From Octopus vulgaris (Eukaryota): a DNA stretch of 64,000 bases. The stretch covers positions 28,830,001-28,894,000 of the forward strand of contig OX597842.1 of NCBI GenBank assembly GCA_951406725.2, read 5' to 3'. Made by a program: the position numbers and the translations under genes. Position 1 is the first letter of the stretch; each line of letters begins with the position of its first letter. Of this stretch, positions 14,636-28,378 are shown piece after piece. The notes beneath the pieces are model-generated. The model was given only the letters and a program-made list of their open reading frames with translations. It had not been told where the DNA came from and ran no database searches.

Positions 14636-14975
14636 ATACTAGCAGCATAGCCCGGCATTGCCTGGGTATGTAAGAGCCCCTAGTAGGCAACGACTAATCC
14701 CAATCTAGTCCTTTCCCTCTTGGGAACGAAGGCGCATGTGTAGGTTGCAATATCTTCTCTTCACTCGAATACTTCTGTGTATACGATGTTCCTAGCTGTC
14801 CCTTTGGGCGATAAAAAGGTCGAGTTGCGTCCTCTAGACAGAAGATGTGTTGCATATAAAAAGTTTAGATTCTCGACCCCATGTCAAATTTATCAATTTT
14901 TTTCAGAACTGGGGGAACTTTTCAAAATTTTCACTGCATTAGTTTTGAATTATGACATTGGGCTATTCCCATATG
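14636..14975. mobile_element. Helitron/Helentron-like non-autonomous fragment (TACTAG terminus + GC hairpin)
   Basis: TACTAGCAGCATAGCCCGGCATTGCCTGGG terminal hairpin in a TA-rich site; classified by motif only. Confidence 0.45.
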
Positions 14976-15215
14976 AATAAAGCTCACTACAGATGGCTGA
15001 CTACTATTCAGGCAGTTGATGGTCATCTGTGTATTGTTGTAATGTCTACTTTGGTGAGAGGAACCTACTCTGACAGCCAGCGACCTCCCCACCTACTGGA
15101 ATAGTCCATCAGACTAACGCTGAACAATTTATCAACTATGCGTTGGTGTTCTGCCTCAACTGTGACACCGATTGTTACTTCCCTTACTTCATCAAAAGAT
15201 GTTTCCTTATTAATT

Positions 15216-15815
15216 CATCATCATCATCATCATGATAATGTATCGACTGTTTTCAAAGCTGGCATGGGTTCGACGCTTTGACAGAAGCTGGTCAGCTGAA
15301 AAGCTACCTGGGCTCCATATCTCTTTTCGCATGGTTTCGACAGTTGGACGTTCTTCCTAATGCCACCCAATTTACATAATGTACTGCGTGCTTTTCTGCA
15401 GCACCGACACGGATATTTGTATGTGACACCAGCATGGGTGATTTTTCCGAAGCATCAGCACCCATGATCCCACAAGATTAGGATATCTCAGACGAAGAAT
15501 GATACAGGGGTCATGACAGTATGCAAGGACAACGACGACTTAGCTTGGCATATCATCTCAAGTACAGCAGACTGCCAAAAGTATCGCTCCCATTTCATCC
15601 CCTCTGTGAGGCCCAACGTCTGACGGTCCTTTCTCACCACATTATTGCACGTCTTTCTGGGTCTACCCCCTCCACACATTCCCTCCACAATGAGAGATCA
15701 CCACTTCTTGATGAAGCTATCTTCATCCATATGCATCACATAACCATACCATGGTAGACTTCTCTCTTGCGCACAAAATCCGATGCCTTATATACCCTGT
15801 TTTTCTCTCCAATCC
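15216..15815 (-). mobile_element. RTE LINE 3' fragment
   Basis: GGGRPRKTCNNVVRKD...W..AV C-terminal RTE signature (ORF 15488-15688) plus shared tail. Confidence 0.75.
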
Positions 15816-16129
15816 ACTTAATTATAGAAACATTATTGATCTGCGTGGATATGTCTATGTGGTGTTGATTTAGTTGTTATGTCTGAAGGCCTTGCTATGT
15901 TGTTGCTGTTCTCTTTTCTGGTATAACTTATATTATTTGTGGTGTTATTCATATCTATAAAACAGTCCTTTGACGAAAGTTTTAGGCACCTTTTGCTTTG
16001 GAGGTTAATGGCAGCCAAACCGAGGCAAGGATACTAAATGCGTGGTGAGAATGAGACCCGCGATGGTTAAAATTCGCAAGCTATAAGATGTGGTTGCTAT
16101 GGCAAAAAGAGTGATTTTTTGATCCCTCT

Positions 16130-17067
16130 ATAACGACGTCTCTCTGTCACTCTTTCTTCCACCACCTCTCTCACTGTACATCTGTCTGTATCTATAGACA
16201 GAAAGCGATGACAACCGCAAAAGTTTAAATATTCTCGCCACAGGTCTTTTATAACAGTGAATTAATATCGCCCACCTCCATCGCACAATCATAACAGATA
16301 TTATTAAACAGATATATTGTGTTAATTTATATATATACTGTGTGCATATGTGGTTGGATTGTGCAAAAAATATGCACACCTATGTTAAAAGTGCTAGCGA
16401 GTTTGTATTGGAACTTCGAATTTGCTCAATTGAAAGGCATGGACTCTAGGGCAAAATTCCTCATCTTTTAAAATGTGGCCCGTTTAGACCCGAATGAAAT
16501 CGGGTTATAATACCAAAACGAGTAAAACAATAATAAACTATTTTAATCCCGAACAAGGCCGGGTATGTATTTCTAATCTATCAAATGAAGAAGGCGAACG
16601 ATGATACAAATTGGATTTTTATGTAAAAAGATGTGTAATTGGGCCTGGAAGGGGATTACAATTTAAAAGAGGGGGTAACTTGCGGTGAGAAATTGTTTGA
16701 GAGACTTTTGGGGCGCTACTGTGGTTATTTTGGTGTGAAAATGGGGATTTTATTGATTTTGGGGGACAATTGGGGGTTTAGATTGGACACCTTTTGCCCG
16801 ATTTCAATCAAATTTTCAACATGGTAAAGTAGAAGATTTGTAATTTAAGCATGGAAATCTAATTTTTTATAAATGGGAGATAGATAGATAGAGAAAGATA
16901 AAAAGCAAGAGAAAGTGAGGGAGAGTCCGAGATAAAGGAAGAGTAAGAAAGTGGGGAAGTGAGAGAGGAACAAAGAGGGTGAATATGGCGATAAGAAACA
17001 AAGGAAGCAACAGAAAGTAACAATCACACCCTCACCCACGCGTAGAGCGGGTCACCTTAAGCTAGTA
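16130..17067 (+). mobile_element. Putative Helitron-like non-autonomous element; 3' end at 17067, 5' boundary uncertain
   Basis: CCCACGCGTAGAGCGGG hairpin followed shortly by GCTAGT, which resembles a Helitron 3' terminus (hairpin + CTAG). Confidence 0.4.
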
Positions 17068-17572
17068 CTTATATGTATAATACTCTTCCGTAAGTATTTC
17101 TCTTGCTGTGGCCATTTGGCTTTATCAAGCCAGTTGTAGTGATAGGTTCTTGTTGGTTTGTTGTCTTTCATTATTGTGACATTTCTGTCCTTATACGTTG
17201 TATATTTGACTTGATGTTATAATAACTTTATATTGTGTTTTAATTGAATAGTTTGTGACATTTGTGATTGGCAAGTAAATATTTACTCATTAAATATCAT
17301 TGTTAAGCAATAACGTTAACCACTAATGTGTGTTTTGTTCAATATAATGATCATAATTTTTTTCTTAATGTAGAACGTAAAGTAAAAACAAATGATAATG
17401 AAAAGTGGACTCAACTAAGAGATGATGTAAGAAATCAACGCTGTGTGAATAGTTTAATCACTGGGGAAACAAACTATGTGTAAATGTAGTTGAACTGTTG
17501 TGTAATTTGGGGCATCTTTAGTATATGTTTGTGTAATCTTTAACTCATCATTTTATATTTCATCATTTGTAG

Positions 17573-17751
17573 TTCTGCAAAGATCTGAAACTGGGAAAGA
17601 AAGAAAGGTACTCTGGCGTGGTGGTTGCCAGTTACCTAGCCCACCACGGGGCCAACTTTTACTGTAAAAACAAAATTGGCAGAACACCATTGGACCTAAA
17701 AGAAACGGAAAATTTTAAAAAGACGTTAAATATGTTATTCCGACCAACGCA
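17573..17751 (+). CDS. Last ankyrin-region exon of MIB2-like gene
   Basis: ttgtAG|TTC...ACGCA|GTaagt; FCKDLKLGKKERYSGVVVASYLAHHGANFYCKNKIGRTPLDL... Confidence 0.88.
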
Positions 17752-18221
17752 GTAAGTATTCACTGGCAATGACAAGATAAACCATTACATTTTCTGTTTT
17801 GTATATAACCATGTTTATATGTTTCTATTGTTTTAATTCGACTGATACATTATACTGCTTTAGAGGCTTAATGAAAGGTTACGCAACAACAGTAAGAAGA
17901 ACAATAAACAATATGCAGATGTTAAGATAATTAAAAGAAAGGACACTATTTTGATTACATTCAAATGATTGGTTGCGTTGACTGTTATACCTCTCCTAAA
18001 ATCCCCACCCACCTCTCTCAATTCCCTATTTTAAAGATTTGGGACCAATGAGAAAATGTAGAAGTAAATAGTGAAGTGATGGAATTTATCTCTCTACCAA
18101 CAGATTGTTCCTCTGTTTTCTCTGTCCCACCCAGTCATGTCCATGTGAGCTATCCTGAGAAAATCGCCTACAAACACATACAATGAGTGTACATACATGG
18201 ATACATACATACGTATTTTTG

Positions 18222-19870
18222 TTTCCTTGTTTCAGCTCAGAGATGCGGCCATGCTGATGCACCGCCGTTTTGTGCTACACTATTATTACGAAGAACCTCC
18301 TCTAATATGTGGTACTTGGTGAAGAATGGAGTTTGACATAGCTACTCTCATTTGCACCTCTTGCCGTGAGGTAGGTTCATCTGGGACTCTCGACAGGAAG
18401 ATGTCCAGCTTTGATTTAAAAACCGCTACATCTACTTTGTGCAAGTTCCTCAGACTCTTTGGGAGAATATTAAAAAGCTGTGGGCCCCTGAAACCCAGGC
18501 TGTTGCAGAAGCTGGTCCTGAAGCGTGATGACATTGCTGGGATCTTTGGCATTATGCAGTGTCGTCCCGTTCTAACTTTGGTGTAGCTTACAATGCCAAA
18601 ATTTGGCACAATTCCTTCCAGGATCTTCCAAACATATATTACTGTATACCTCTCCCGTCTTCTCTCCAGGGAGTAGAGTCTTTGCTGTTTCAACCTTTCC
18701 CAGTAGCTGAGCTGTTGCAAAGAGACGATCTTCTTTGTGAATCTTCTCTAGATTGCTTCAAAATCCGCTGTTAATTTTACACTGGTGGGTGACCATAGCT
18801 GTGATCAGTAATCCAGGCGGCTGAGGGCGAATGTCCGCCAGAGGACCATCATGGTTTCCTTATCTCTGGTTCTGAATGTTCTTAGGATCCACCCAGCCAG
18901 TCGTTTTCACGTTGTCGCCATCCTAGTAATGTGCACTTGGAAAGAGGTATCATCACTCTCATGTCGATACCCAGGTCCGTCACAGACTTAGGCTCTGGGA
19001 TTGAAATTCCCTGTGGACCGGTGTATCATGTAAGTTTAATATTCAGTTTTGGATGCTGGTAGCACAAGGCCTGGAATTTTTGAACATTAAACTGCATATT
19101 ATTATCCTCAGCCCATCTGTAGATTGAGTCCAACTCCTGCTGCAGGTGTGCAACATCACTGGGGTTCTGTATTTTCTGCGAGACTTTCGTATCGTCTGCA
19201 TAGCTGGCCAGAGTGGCTATCCGGGCATTTGAGGACATATCTGAGAGGGCCACTATAAAAAGCAGTGGTCCCAAGACAGTGCCCTGTGGAACACCACTCA
19301 CTATTTGTGTGTGCATAGAGGTGGCTCCATTAACCACTACTGCCCGACTCCTATCTTTCAAGAAGTCATGCAACCACACTCCAAGTTTTCCAGCTATGCC
19401 GAGGTCACGTAGTTTGAGGCATATCATACCATGATTCACCTTGTCAAAAGCTTTTGCAAAATCAAGGTAGATTACGTCCACATTTGATTTGTTGAGTAAC
19501 TGCCTCAACACCCAGTCATAATGTTGTAAGAGCTGGGTCAGGCAGCTCCTACCTGGTCGAAAACCATGCTGGGTATCACTCAGCAAGTTATTTTCCTCAA
19601 GGAATGCGATTAGTTTCTTTCTGACTATCCATTCCATGATTTTGCTGATGTGTGAAGTTAGAGAGATAGGCCTATAGTCTTTGGCATCTGCTCTACTTCC
19701 CCCTTTATGTATTGGGCATATTATTCCCTCCTTCAGCTTGCTTGGCAGTTTATCATTTGTAAGAATCTTGAGGGGTTTTGCCAGGGCATGCTTACACGCT
19801 TTGAGGAGGATTGCTGGGAAACCATCTGGACCAGCAATTGAGTTTGTATCCACTTCATCTATGGCATTTA
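18222..19870 (-). mobile_element. CR1/L2-like LINE RT fragment (second subfamily, frameshifted)
   Basis: ORFs 19026-19931 (LDFAKAFD, GVPQG, YADD) and 18286-18720 are paralogous to the 3578-5797 RT. Confidence 0.9.
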
Positions 19871-20379
19871 TACACGCATACATAGATACATAGATATATA
19901 CTAACATATATATGTATATACACACAAACATATATTTATCTTTTTATCTTATATTAAACTTTTTAATACTTGTTGATAGTTATATATATTTGATATATAA
20001 ATGTATATATATATAAATTTATAAATATAAATTAATAATTTAAAATCTTTAATTTTAAATTTTATATTTTACATATTTTGTATATTATATTAATTATTTT
20101 TATTTCTATGTTTTGGTTTATGTTTTTCACTGTTTGATTTGCCTAATTTAATTTATATGTATATACATAAATATAAACAACTTATAAATAAGGGCAATCG
20201 AAAAAATTTCTAATGCCAAATATACTGAAAAATTGGACATATTGTCCATTTACCATATAATTTTTTTCTCAGTATGCACACTACTCGAAAAAAGGTCGAC
20301 AGAAATTTCTAAAAAAAATTCCATTATTACCATATCGGACCGATTTCAGGGTTATTTCAAAAAGAACCCCCCACTTCAT

Positions 20380-20952
20380 ATATATATCATCATCATCGTT
20401 TAACGTCCGTTTTCCGCGCTAGCACGGGTTGGACGGTTTCGACCGGGGTCTGGGGAGCCAGGGGCTGCCCCAGGCTCCAGTCTGGTCTGGCAGTGTTTCT
20501 ACAGCTGGATGCCCTTCCTAACGCCAACCACTCCGCGAGTGTAGTGGGTGCTTTTTACGTGCCACCTGCACAGGTGCCAGAGGGGTCTGGCATCGGCCAC
20601 GGTCGGTTGGTGCTTTTTATGTGCCACCTGCACAGAAGCCAGTCGGGGCGGTGCTGGCATCGGCCACGTTCAGATGGTGCTTTTTATGGGGGGGGTGCAG
20701 AAATATAGGGGAGCACCAGTGGGGAGGGGTGTTCAGAGAAACGATGACAGGTTCTAGACAAGTAGAACGTAGGATATCACGAGAGGGGTAATGCATGGTG
20801 AAATAGCGTATTGAAGAGGGGGTTCGAAGAGTAGACACCTATAATGGTGGTGGGAGAAGCGACATCCGGTATAGATGGAGCAAAAATATAGAGATATCCG
20901 GTATTGGTGGTGGGGGTGGGCAGGGCGGGTGCACCGCGAATACGCGAAGGTT
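20380..20952 (-). mobile_element. Second copy of composite SINE-B element
   Basis: Near-identical to 9590-10165. Confidence 0.8.
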
Positions 20953-21096
20953 GATAGACGAGGGAGCGAGGACTTGGACGGGCAAAATTAATGAATATAC
21001 GTATATATACATACAAACCAGATGTCTAAATATAGAGGACTTGTGAAACAGATTAGATACAATGAAGTGTTTTATATATACATATATTAATGGTTG

Positions 21097-21906
21097 TACA
21101 TGATCTTATCAATAAGTATCCAGACTGTTGCCATAGTAACAAAGCTAAAGTACACAGAGTGAAGTTGCTTGGCACAGATTGACCTTTATCTCTGTTGTGC
21201 ATGCACGCTAAGTTTTAACTTTCTAGCGCAATTCCACTGTTTACAGCAGTGCTTGAAAGGAAGGTGTGTAGCGTGTGATCGTCACATTGACAATGATATA
21301 GAAAGCTGAGCAGAGAATCTGCATCAAATTTTGTCAAAAGTTTGACGATTCCTGCTCAGAGGGCCATAGAAAGTTTTCAATAAGTTTTTATCGTCCCTGA
21401 CACAATCAAGGACATCTTGTGCAACTGAAACCCGTGTGTCGTTTTGGTCTGCTGAAAGCTGTTTTGGCAGACAGGCGTCTCATACCCAAATCTTCTGTGG
21501 TAATGGACCGAACCGTAACAAACCTGCACATCCTCTGATAATTCAAGGATGGTAATTCGACGGTTTACCCACACAACTGGACGCCCATCAGCAATTTTTT
21601 TTCTCAGTTCTGCTCATTGCAGATCTTCCAGAATTTTCGTCAATATCGACATTTACGGCCATACTTAAAATGTCTGAACCACTCTTACATGTGTGTGTTG
21701 CTCATACACTCCTCTCCATACACTTTCTGCAACTTTACGTAGGCTTCCAAGCACTGCTGTAAACAGCGAATATGAGCTAGAACATAAAAATTAGTGCGCA
21801 TGTACAGCACAGATTGAGATCAATCTTTGCCAAGCGGCTTTTCTCTGCGTGTTTTTGCTTCGTTACTATAGCAACAGTCCAGATACTTATTGATCAGACC
21901 TCGTAT
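21097..21906. mobile_element. Internally rearranged mariner-like DNA transposon relic with long terminal inverted repeats
   Basis: ATCAATAAGTATCCAGACTGTTGCCATAGTAAC vs GTTACTATAGCAACAGTCCAGATACTTATTGATCAGACCTCGTA; N-terminal EQRICIKFCQK on + and HTH-like WVNRRITILELSEDV on -. Confidence 0.75.
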
Positions 21907-22247
21907 ATAGACACAAAGTTGTGTACATATATAGTTTTGTTCAGCAGAAATGGAGTCTAGAAGTGAAGTATGGTTTTGGAATATATGTGGTGCACTGCTT
22001 TTGTAATATATCAGAGTCAAGACGTATATTTAACAAAATCTGTATAAATATATACGTGTGTGTGTCTGCGTAGCACTTATACACACATAAATCTGTCCGA
22101 ACGTGGTTCTTTAAAATAGAAATTGTGAAACACTCATGGAAGTCACGGCAGAGTTTCATAATATTTTGTGCTGTAAACATGTATACCATGTAAATATTGT
22201 TATACATGAATGTTATTGATGAAATGTGTTTATATTTTGTTCCATAG

Positions 22248-22390
22248 ATGTCGCTGGTGTCAAGAGAACATGGCCACTGTGACACTGCAACCATGTGGAG
22301 ATCTTGTTCTCTGCGAGAATTGTTCTTCTGAAATGACATTTAAGAGATGCCCCATGTGTCGAGAATACACCCTCAGCAAAAGTGAATTTG
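22248..22390 (+). CDS. RING-finger exon of MIB2-like gene
   Basis: ccatAG|A TGT...TTTG|GTaag; CRWC...PCGDLVLCENC...CPMC. Confidence 0.9.
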
Positions 22391-23489
22391 GTAAGATAAT
22401 CTTTGGGGCTCTGTTTGTTGTCTTGTTGACCTTATTGTGTGGAATAATGTGCTTCAAGCTTTCGTGTAGACCCAGGTATGTCTTAATATGACAGATTTAT
22501 GATAGGTGTTCCTGAGGCCTTTTCTTTGTTACAGTATATCTATCACTACATCCACTAAATATTGCCTTTACCTAATTTTAAGATGTCACACTTCAAGATG
22601 TCTGTCAGGATATGTTGTTTAGGTACGTACCCTGAATGTCTCTTTAGGTAGTACCCTGAATTATAAGAAATTAACAAGATTAAAAATCAAATCTCTAAGA
22701 GTATAAGTATAATGATCATTAACGTTGATTAAATATCAAATTTAGTATTGAACGGTGAACATCTATTTGCATTTAAACAAAACATTGGTGTTGACATAAA
22801 ATATAAAGATAGGAATAAAATATGAGTTCCCTGTGTGACTTGATCTCACAAATCCTTGTTTGTAACTATATATAATATACACTTATTACATTGTTTGAAC
22901 AACATTTACCATCCATATAGTCATTCTTTTTCTCACTCTTGTTAGATTTTAGATGATATTAATGCTAAAAGAGGCACAGTTTTCTGAGTGTTTCACCCTT
23001 TGGTCTTGATTGTTGCATTCAAATTATTTAATGAAAGATAGTCATTGTTATTTGACCAGGAAATGAATTGATTATTAGTATTTGGCAGTGGACTTGGTTA
23101 TATCTTTCTTCGTTTGCTCATGGAACGACCATAATATTAGCTGTGCTGAGACACAATCATATTCATTGTAATGAAGGCTATATGTTCTTTACTCAGATTA
23201 TATACAATCTATATTGATATCTAGTATTGCACCGTCAAGCACAGTGCCATTGTATCACATATATACCCAATTATCATGATAATTAATAAGCTATAATTCA
23301 TTAACTCTCTTACATTTGTATGTCTGAAATGTAAACTTATTTTGTCATAGGGACATCGTGTACCCTCACCTAACATTTTACACCTTGTTAGGGATCATGG
23401 TGGGGAAAGAGTGTATGGTTTCTAGGTTGTTGGGGATGTTTTTTAGGGGACGGATTGTGTTCAGGGTGGAAGGTATGCACATAAAGGAC

Positions 23490-23985
23490 ATGCCTTGATG
23501 GCCTCGATGTTACTTAGCCAGTTGGGTCTTTTCAAGCACAGAAAATTGCTGATTGTCTCAGTCGTTTTAGTTATCTTCCCGTGTGAAGCTCATTTCTCAC
23601 CACTTTGTCCCATGTCTTCCTCAGTCTTCCTCTTCCTCAGCTTCTCTCCACATTTAGAGATCCGCATCTCTTTATGCTGATCACCTCATCCATATGCATC
23701 ACATAACCATACTATGAAAGATCTCTCTTTTGAACTCTACATTGGATGACTCTTATACCCAGATTTTCTCTTAAGACATTTCCACTGCGACTTACCTGAA
23801 CACTGATGTTGTACATCCAGTGAAGCATGCTGGCTTCATTTGTCTCCAACCCTTTGCATGTCTTCTATCTTCACAGCCTATCTTTCATTATTGTGTTGTA
23901 CATCTGTCCGTACACAGGCCTGGTGCAGTTGTCTGGCTTGTCAGATCCTGTCAAGTTTTCCAACCCATTCCAGCATCATTAACTC
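23490..23985 (-). mobile_element. Degenerate RTE LINE 3' fragment
   Basis: Similar to 11450-11830 and 15500-15800 (CATCCAGTGAAGCATGCTGGCTTCATTT...). Confidence 0.6.
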
Positions 23986-24215
23986 TCTTAAACTTGTCTG
24001 TCTGAAAGTTTCATAGCATTATCTTGTACCCTCATCTGATATTTTACACCTTGTTACCCTCAAAGTAAACATAACTTTTACATGGGTACACAACCACATC
24101 CCTACGAACTAGTTTTTACAGCTGTATGCCCTTCCCACAATAATAAAGTGTTGATTATCAATAACTATAATGAAATTATACTATAAAACGTAAAACTTGA
24201 AAATATTCATTTCAA

Positions 24216-24263
24216 AGACTCCAACTTCTGTGAAGGATGCCTTGACAACATCACAGCCAGTTG
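24216..24263 (+). pseudogene. Duplicated 48-bp linker exon with mutated acceptor (CAA instead of CAG); probably skipped
   Basis: Flanks are paralogous to those of exon 26745-26816; reads (E)TPTSVKDALTTSQPV(G) in phase 1-1; GTgagt donor intact. Confidence 0.55.
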
Positions 24264-25149
24264 GTGAGTAGCAAATAACAGTACCTCATGGATTTCTATA
24301 AATTTAACCTTCACCTGAGCATTTGTAGTTTATCAGAATGACTGAGGACAAAATCCATTCCTAATTTACATCTGAAATATTAGCTGTATTCTATTAGACA
24401 TTTTGAAATGGAATTTCACAAAATAGTAAACGGGGTTGGCATGGTTCGGAAAATGGATAATTTAGAAGACAATAGAATACTGTATTTTGAAACGGAGGAC
24501 TAAAATATGTAGTTACTAAGTTTACTGATAGGTTATTGCTGTTGTTGCTATTTAGGCAAATATCTCTCATAATGTGACCGATTTACAATGAAATGTGTTC
24601 CTTATGTGAACACCCTGCCTTTTTTTTTCACTGATAATAAATTTATCATTACATCCCCTAAACATTGTCTTTATCCATGTAAAAGCATTAGGTTTGATGT
24701 TGAGACAACCGTTCTCTCTCTCCCTCTCTCTCCAAGATAGACACTGATGACCCTCATCATTTATCATCTGATGTCTATGCTCCTATCGATTGGATGGATG
24801 ATTCCTATCCATGTCAGTTCTTATTAACAAATACTGTTCGCCTTGATTGGATGAGGAACACATTCCGGCTTTTCTATGGTGATGTGCCTTTCCTAACATC
24901 AACCACTTTAAAAAGGGCCTTGGGCACAATTTTGCTCCAAAAGCTCTAGAAAAATGATCATGTCATTAACAAAATTAAACGCTCCTCTTTAACTTCTACA
25001 AGGAAATTCTGTTTGCAGATACTGAGAACAAAGCTAAAATACAATAAAGATGAACTGGATGGATATATGCAGGAGATCCAAAGCAAAAGCAATGATTCCC
25101 ATTCATAGACAGTTTGAAATGTCCATTGAAACCAGCAATCAAATACTGA

Positions 25150-26450
25150 TTGATTAGTTCAGACTAATTTCAACCTTGAATATAAATGGCAAGATTTACA
25201 AGGTTGTATTCACAAAGAGATCAACTGTAAATCTACAGAATAATGAATATGGGACTAAAAGTATCTCAAAGACTGGAATCCTCTGGCATTCCTGGCTGTG
25301 TGGAACATGTGTCTTAAATCTAGGATGTGATACAAGACGGAAAGAAGAATAAAAGGGATTGAATGTTGTGTGATTTGATCTGGTTTATGGTTCTCTAGCA
25401 AACAAGTTGTTGATGGAAGCAGTGGACCTGTTTTATATATGAGAAAAGATTAAGGATCTGATGAGGAGCTGCTATAACAAATTTCTCGGCAGACTGGTAT
25501 CATTTTGAAACGGGAATTGCTGTAGTTTCTACAATATCAGTCATTTGGTTTGTGATTGTTATGGAGATGTTACTTAAATCAGCAGATTGATAAGAAATGG
25601 CTCAAAGGAAAACACTCGAGAAGACATTAAGGGATTACATAACAATAGTAACAACAAATAAAAGGATATGCAAATAGTTCTGGATTATCTGGGTAGACTG
25701 AGGAACTTGGTGAAGAATGTGGTTCAATGCAAATGAGTAATGCAGCCTGTCGTTTGTGAAAGGTCAGCAGAAACAAGTGAAGGTCAAAATAGCAGGAGAA
25801 ACCCTGATGAAGTTTAAAGGGAAACTTGAAAAACTATTACGACGATGGTAAACTACCTAATTTTGCAATAAGAGTAAAGGTATTGAGATCAAGTCACAGA
25901 ACGAAGATGGGTTAAAAGAAATAAATATGCCAAACATTCTGGAAAATAAAAGATTTGGAGCTCGCACTTTGTATTCCCGTCTTTCTTATTTATTTTTGAG
26001 TATCAGTCCTTTTGTACCATTTCATATGTCTTCACTGCAATAATGTGTAGATGTCCAGTTGTATGTAGTGAATGGGGTTTTGTGCAAGTGTACATTGTTT
26101 TAGGACACCTGATATCACTTTTTATTTCATCTGTGGAGAACTGATCATTGTTCACCTTTATTAAGGAGTCTTAAAATATTCCCTGCACCAGATAATGACC
26201 AGGTGACCTGGGATGTGGGATGATAAAATTCAAGATTTCCAACAGCAAAGAGAACAGGTATTACGTTTATTTTACTTGAAGTGGTGTGTCATGCATTTGT
26301 GACGAGATCTTTGGAGACCACATTGGATGATATTGGACTTTAGCAGAAGATGAGGAGAATGGTGGTTAGTGAAGTCTAGAGTTCAGAGGACAGTCGCATG
26401 TCATAGATTTGGTAGAGATATATCAAAGGAGAGAGAGAACTATGAGAAGA
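25150..26450 (+). mobile_element. Highly decayed RLE-type (R2/Hero-like) non-LTR RT relic
   Basis: Fragmentary GIPGCVEH, DLVYGS, TISVIWFVIVMEM motifs with many stops; family assignment is tentative. Confidence 0.4.
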
Positions 26451-26744
26451 AACAGTCTCATGAAATGATAATTAAATGAAATAATTGCAACATTGTTAGA
26501 TTATGTAGGATGTCTCTGTTAAAGAGAAACAAGGTTTCGGAAAGTTAGTCTATTTTGTTGCGGGCCTAAATATTGAGCTATTACATGGTCCCACAATGGA
26601 AAGTATAAAAATACTGAGCAAAACCCTAGTGGTCACCAGCCAACCACTGATGATAACAATGTCCCACAACAATAAACTACAGAATATTTATAGAGATAAA
26701 TAAGTTTTACAATCAATTATAAAACTTGGAAATATTTATTTCAG

Positions 26745-26816
26745 GGAGTCCAGTTCTGAAGGAGAGGGATCTTCTGAGAGTGGCTAAGAGGTTAGGACGT
26801 GATTGGTGGCAAGTGG
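26745..26816 (+). CDS. Death-domain exon 1 of MIB2-like gene
   Basis: tttcAG|GG...GTGG|GTgagt; SPVLKERDLLRVAKRLGRDWWQV matches death-fold helices 1-2 (LG.DW). Confidence 0.85.
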
Positions 26817-28378
26817 GTGAGTATATTTGATTTCTATATATTTTACTTTCACCTGATCTATTTTATTTGTCAGAATGAATGAGAACAAGTTACATTCCTC
26901 ATTTCCAATTGATAGGTTACCTGTATGACAATTTTATTTACGATATTCCTGATGTTTCATAAAATATCCACTGAGGTTAGCATGGTTGGTAATAATGGAT
27001 AAACTAGAAAATACAAATGGCGTTTAATATTATCTTTTGGAAGAGGGAACTAAAATATATTGTTTAAGGGTAAACAGGTGAGTGAATTTGTTTCACATTT
27101 TCTTTAGGTTCACTGTTAGGTTATTGTAATGAAGGACAAGTACCAAAGTTAACATCTAAAACAAAGCATCTTTCTTCAAACAGAAGACTTTGAGTTTGGT
27201 TCTTCTTGCAGCCATTATTTATTGGGTTATTGTGTTGGAAGCTGATAATTCCAATTTATTTTGCCATTTTGCAATGACTTTACCACATGACATATGTCTG
27301 TAAATGCTTCAATAAAAAGAAATTTAATAAAGGTGACACAGCGAAATCCTATCATTCTCCTCAGGCGAAAACAGAGAATTCCTTTAAGGGAATTTACCAG
27401 AAAATGAACATTCACAAGTCAAGCCGAACTGGAGGTGGCATCTCTCATTGAGACTGACATAATAATAACTGAATAGGCTTTGAAGAATTGATCGAACCTG
27501 GAGTTCATTGGAGAAGTTTGAAATGGGATTGAATTTGACTTAGAATTATCGACTGTTGGACAATCACTGATCATTCGATTTCCAGTGTCCTCTTGGGATC
27601 TTTGCAAGGTAGTAGATGGTACAGAGGGACAGTACTTTCATGACCCTTTGAATACCAGGTCTGAAATCTAACAGAATATGACAGATGTATGGGGTTCTTC
27701 TAAAGGGTCTTTGGTACTCAATAGGATTTACAGTTCAGAGATCTGGGAGTCTCTCCAGGTTGAGCCACATCTCCTCCAAATCTGTGGTACCTCGGACATG
27801 TGATCAGGGTGTTGCAGCAATGAATTACAGGACAGGTTCTCAAAGTCACACCAATGGAACAGGATACCGAGGGGGAGGCCAAGAAAGAAATGGTTGGATG
27901 ATATCCATAGTCTTAGTTCTTCACATCATAGAATACAAGCAGAATGTCTAATGATGGAAGCTTCTGATTGGACCCTATGGAGGAGGTGCCTGAGGACTCT
28001 TTCCCCACAGCCCTTTCAAGAATATTGAGCAGAGGAAATGGATGGATCATATGCTTTCACTGTTGGAGGTCAATGTTAATTCTTGAGGTTCTGATATACT
28101 TTTGCCTTCACAAAAGTTTTCCTGCCCTCGTTTACCATATATTTTCTCAAGTATAATTTTCAATTAATTTTCTTTAAAAATCTCGTTTAATTCAAACTCT
28201 TTGTAATTTTTGTCAATAGAAAACAATGTCTTATATTTTTCATGTTTCATAGCTATTTCTTTTTTTTATTTCTCTATTGATAAATTTTGTTTGTTATATT
28301 CATAACAACCTACAGTACACAGCGTTTTATGGTATTGTCAATGTTGTTGCATTTATTTCTTATTGTTGTCTTTTGCAG

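Noticed and set aside
27200-28150. Possible additional exons or ORFs in the last MIB2-like intron
   Set aside because: No phase-compatible splice pair is needed (26816 joins 28379 in frame); it looks like decayed TE sequence I cannot classify.
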